From: Cenococcum geophilum
Lineage: Eukaryota
Assembly (NCBI GenBank): GCA_050273025.1
Contig: CP158636.1
Coordinates: forward strand, 310,001 to 374,000
Direction: 5' to 3'
Length of the DNA: 64,000 nt
A program made the translations under genes and the position numbers. Below are positions 63,544 through 64,000 of this stretch, piece after piece. The notes under the pieces were generated by a model, which saw only the letters and a list, made by a program, of their open reading frames with translations, searched no databases and was not told where the DNA came from. Within the stretch, counting starts at the first letter, position 1. Each line of letters begins with the position of its first letter.

Positions 63544-64000
63544 TATAAGTAACAATATTAACTAAATTAATTAGACGGATATTATACCTCTAGTAAACGA
63601 CCTAGAGATACTAGGTATCTTTAAAAATAAAGATAGAGAGGAAGAAGATAGTGTTACGAACGCTTTAAGTACAATATTATAACTACTTAGAGAGGAGTTA
63701 GAAGAAGCTAGTTAGTTAATATAAGTATAATCTAGGATGGAACCCATGGAACTATATAACGAGGAATAGTAAGCAAAGTCACGTAATATAATCTGTGTAA
63801 TCTATATAATCTGCGAGATCTATAATAGAGCGAATAGAGTAGATAGAGCAGATAGAGCAACAACTTTCTTAGAAGTACGGTTATGTATTTAAGGACCCTT
63901 AGTCCCTACCTAGATAGTTCCTTCTTTATAGTAATTCTTAGAATACAATTAGAGTTAATTTGTTAGGCAACTACTCCACCAGTTATTATTACGTTGTTAA

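Larger units (their letters stand above)
56044..64000 (+). mobile_element. Uninterrupted chromoviral Gypsy G2 copy c; 3' LTR runs off the window
   Basis: LTRs at 56044-56464 and 63652 to the window end; PPT before 63652; full gag-PR-RT-RH-IN-chromodomain. Confidence 0.95.

Noticed and set aside
1..64000. Stop-codon reassignment or alternative genetic code
   Set aside because: TAA/TAG fall at Gln, Trp and Arg positions and differ between copies, as expected from RIP.

Overview
The window is a gene-free, AT-rich nest of transposable elements from a filamentous ascomycete-type genome, heavily hit by repeat-induced point mutation (RIP; C>T/G>A transitions that give excess TpA and TAA/TAG stops in every long reading frame). 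No intact host gene, tRNA, rRNA or CRISPR array is visible. Target-site duplications (TSDs) allow most of the nesting order to be rebuilt. The oldest layer is a Crypton (tyrosine-recombinase) relic. Inside it are three Ty3/Gypsy families, two Tad1-type LINE families, one Copia family (one full copy and three partial or derived pieces), a Fot1/pogo transposon, a piggyBac and a solo LTR. Five features stand out: (1) a 1.1-kb LINE-tailed non-autonomous retroposon with a six-unit hairpin array and a structured body; (2) an antisense, intron-containing Zn2Cys6-like gene in the 3' region of one Gypsy family; (3) a 199-bp snap-back Copia derivative with its own TSD; (4) sequence modules shared between Gypsy and Copia 3' regions; (5) a long gag carrying a thrice-repeated Cx4Cx2H motif. 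Protein calls come from manually reversing RIP changes, so coding boundaries are approximate.
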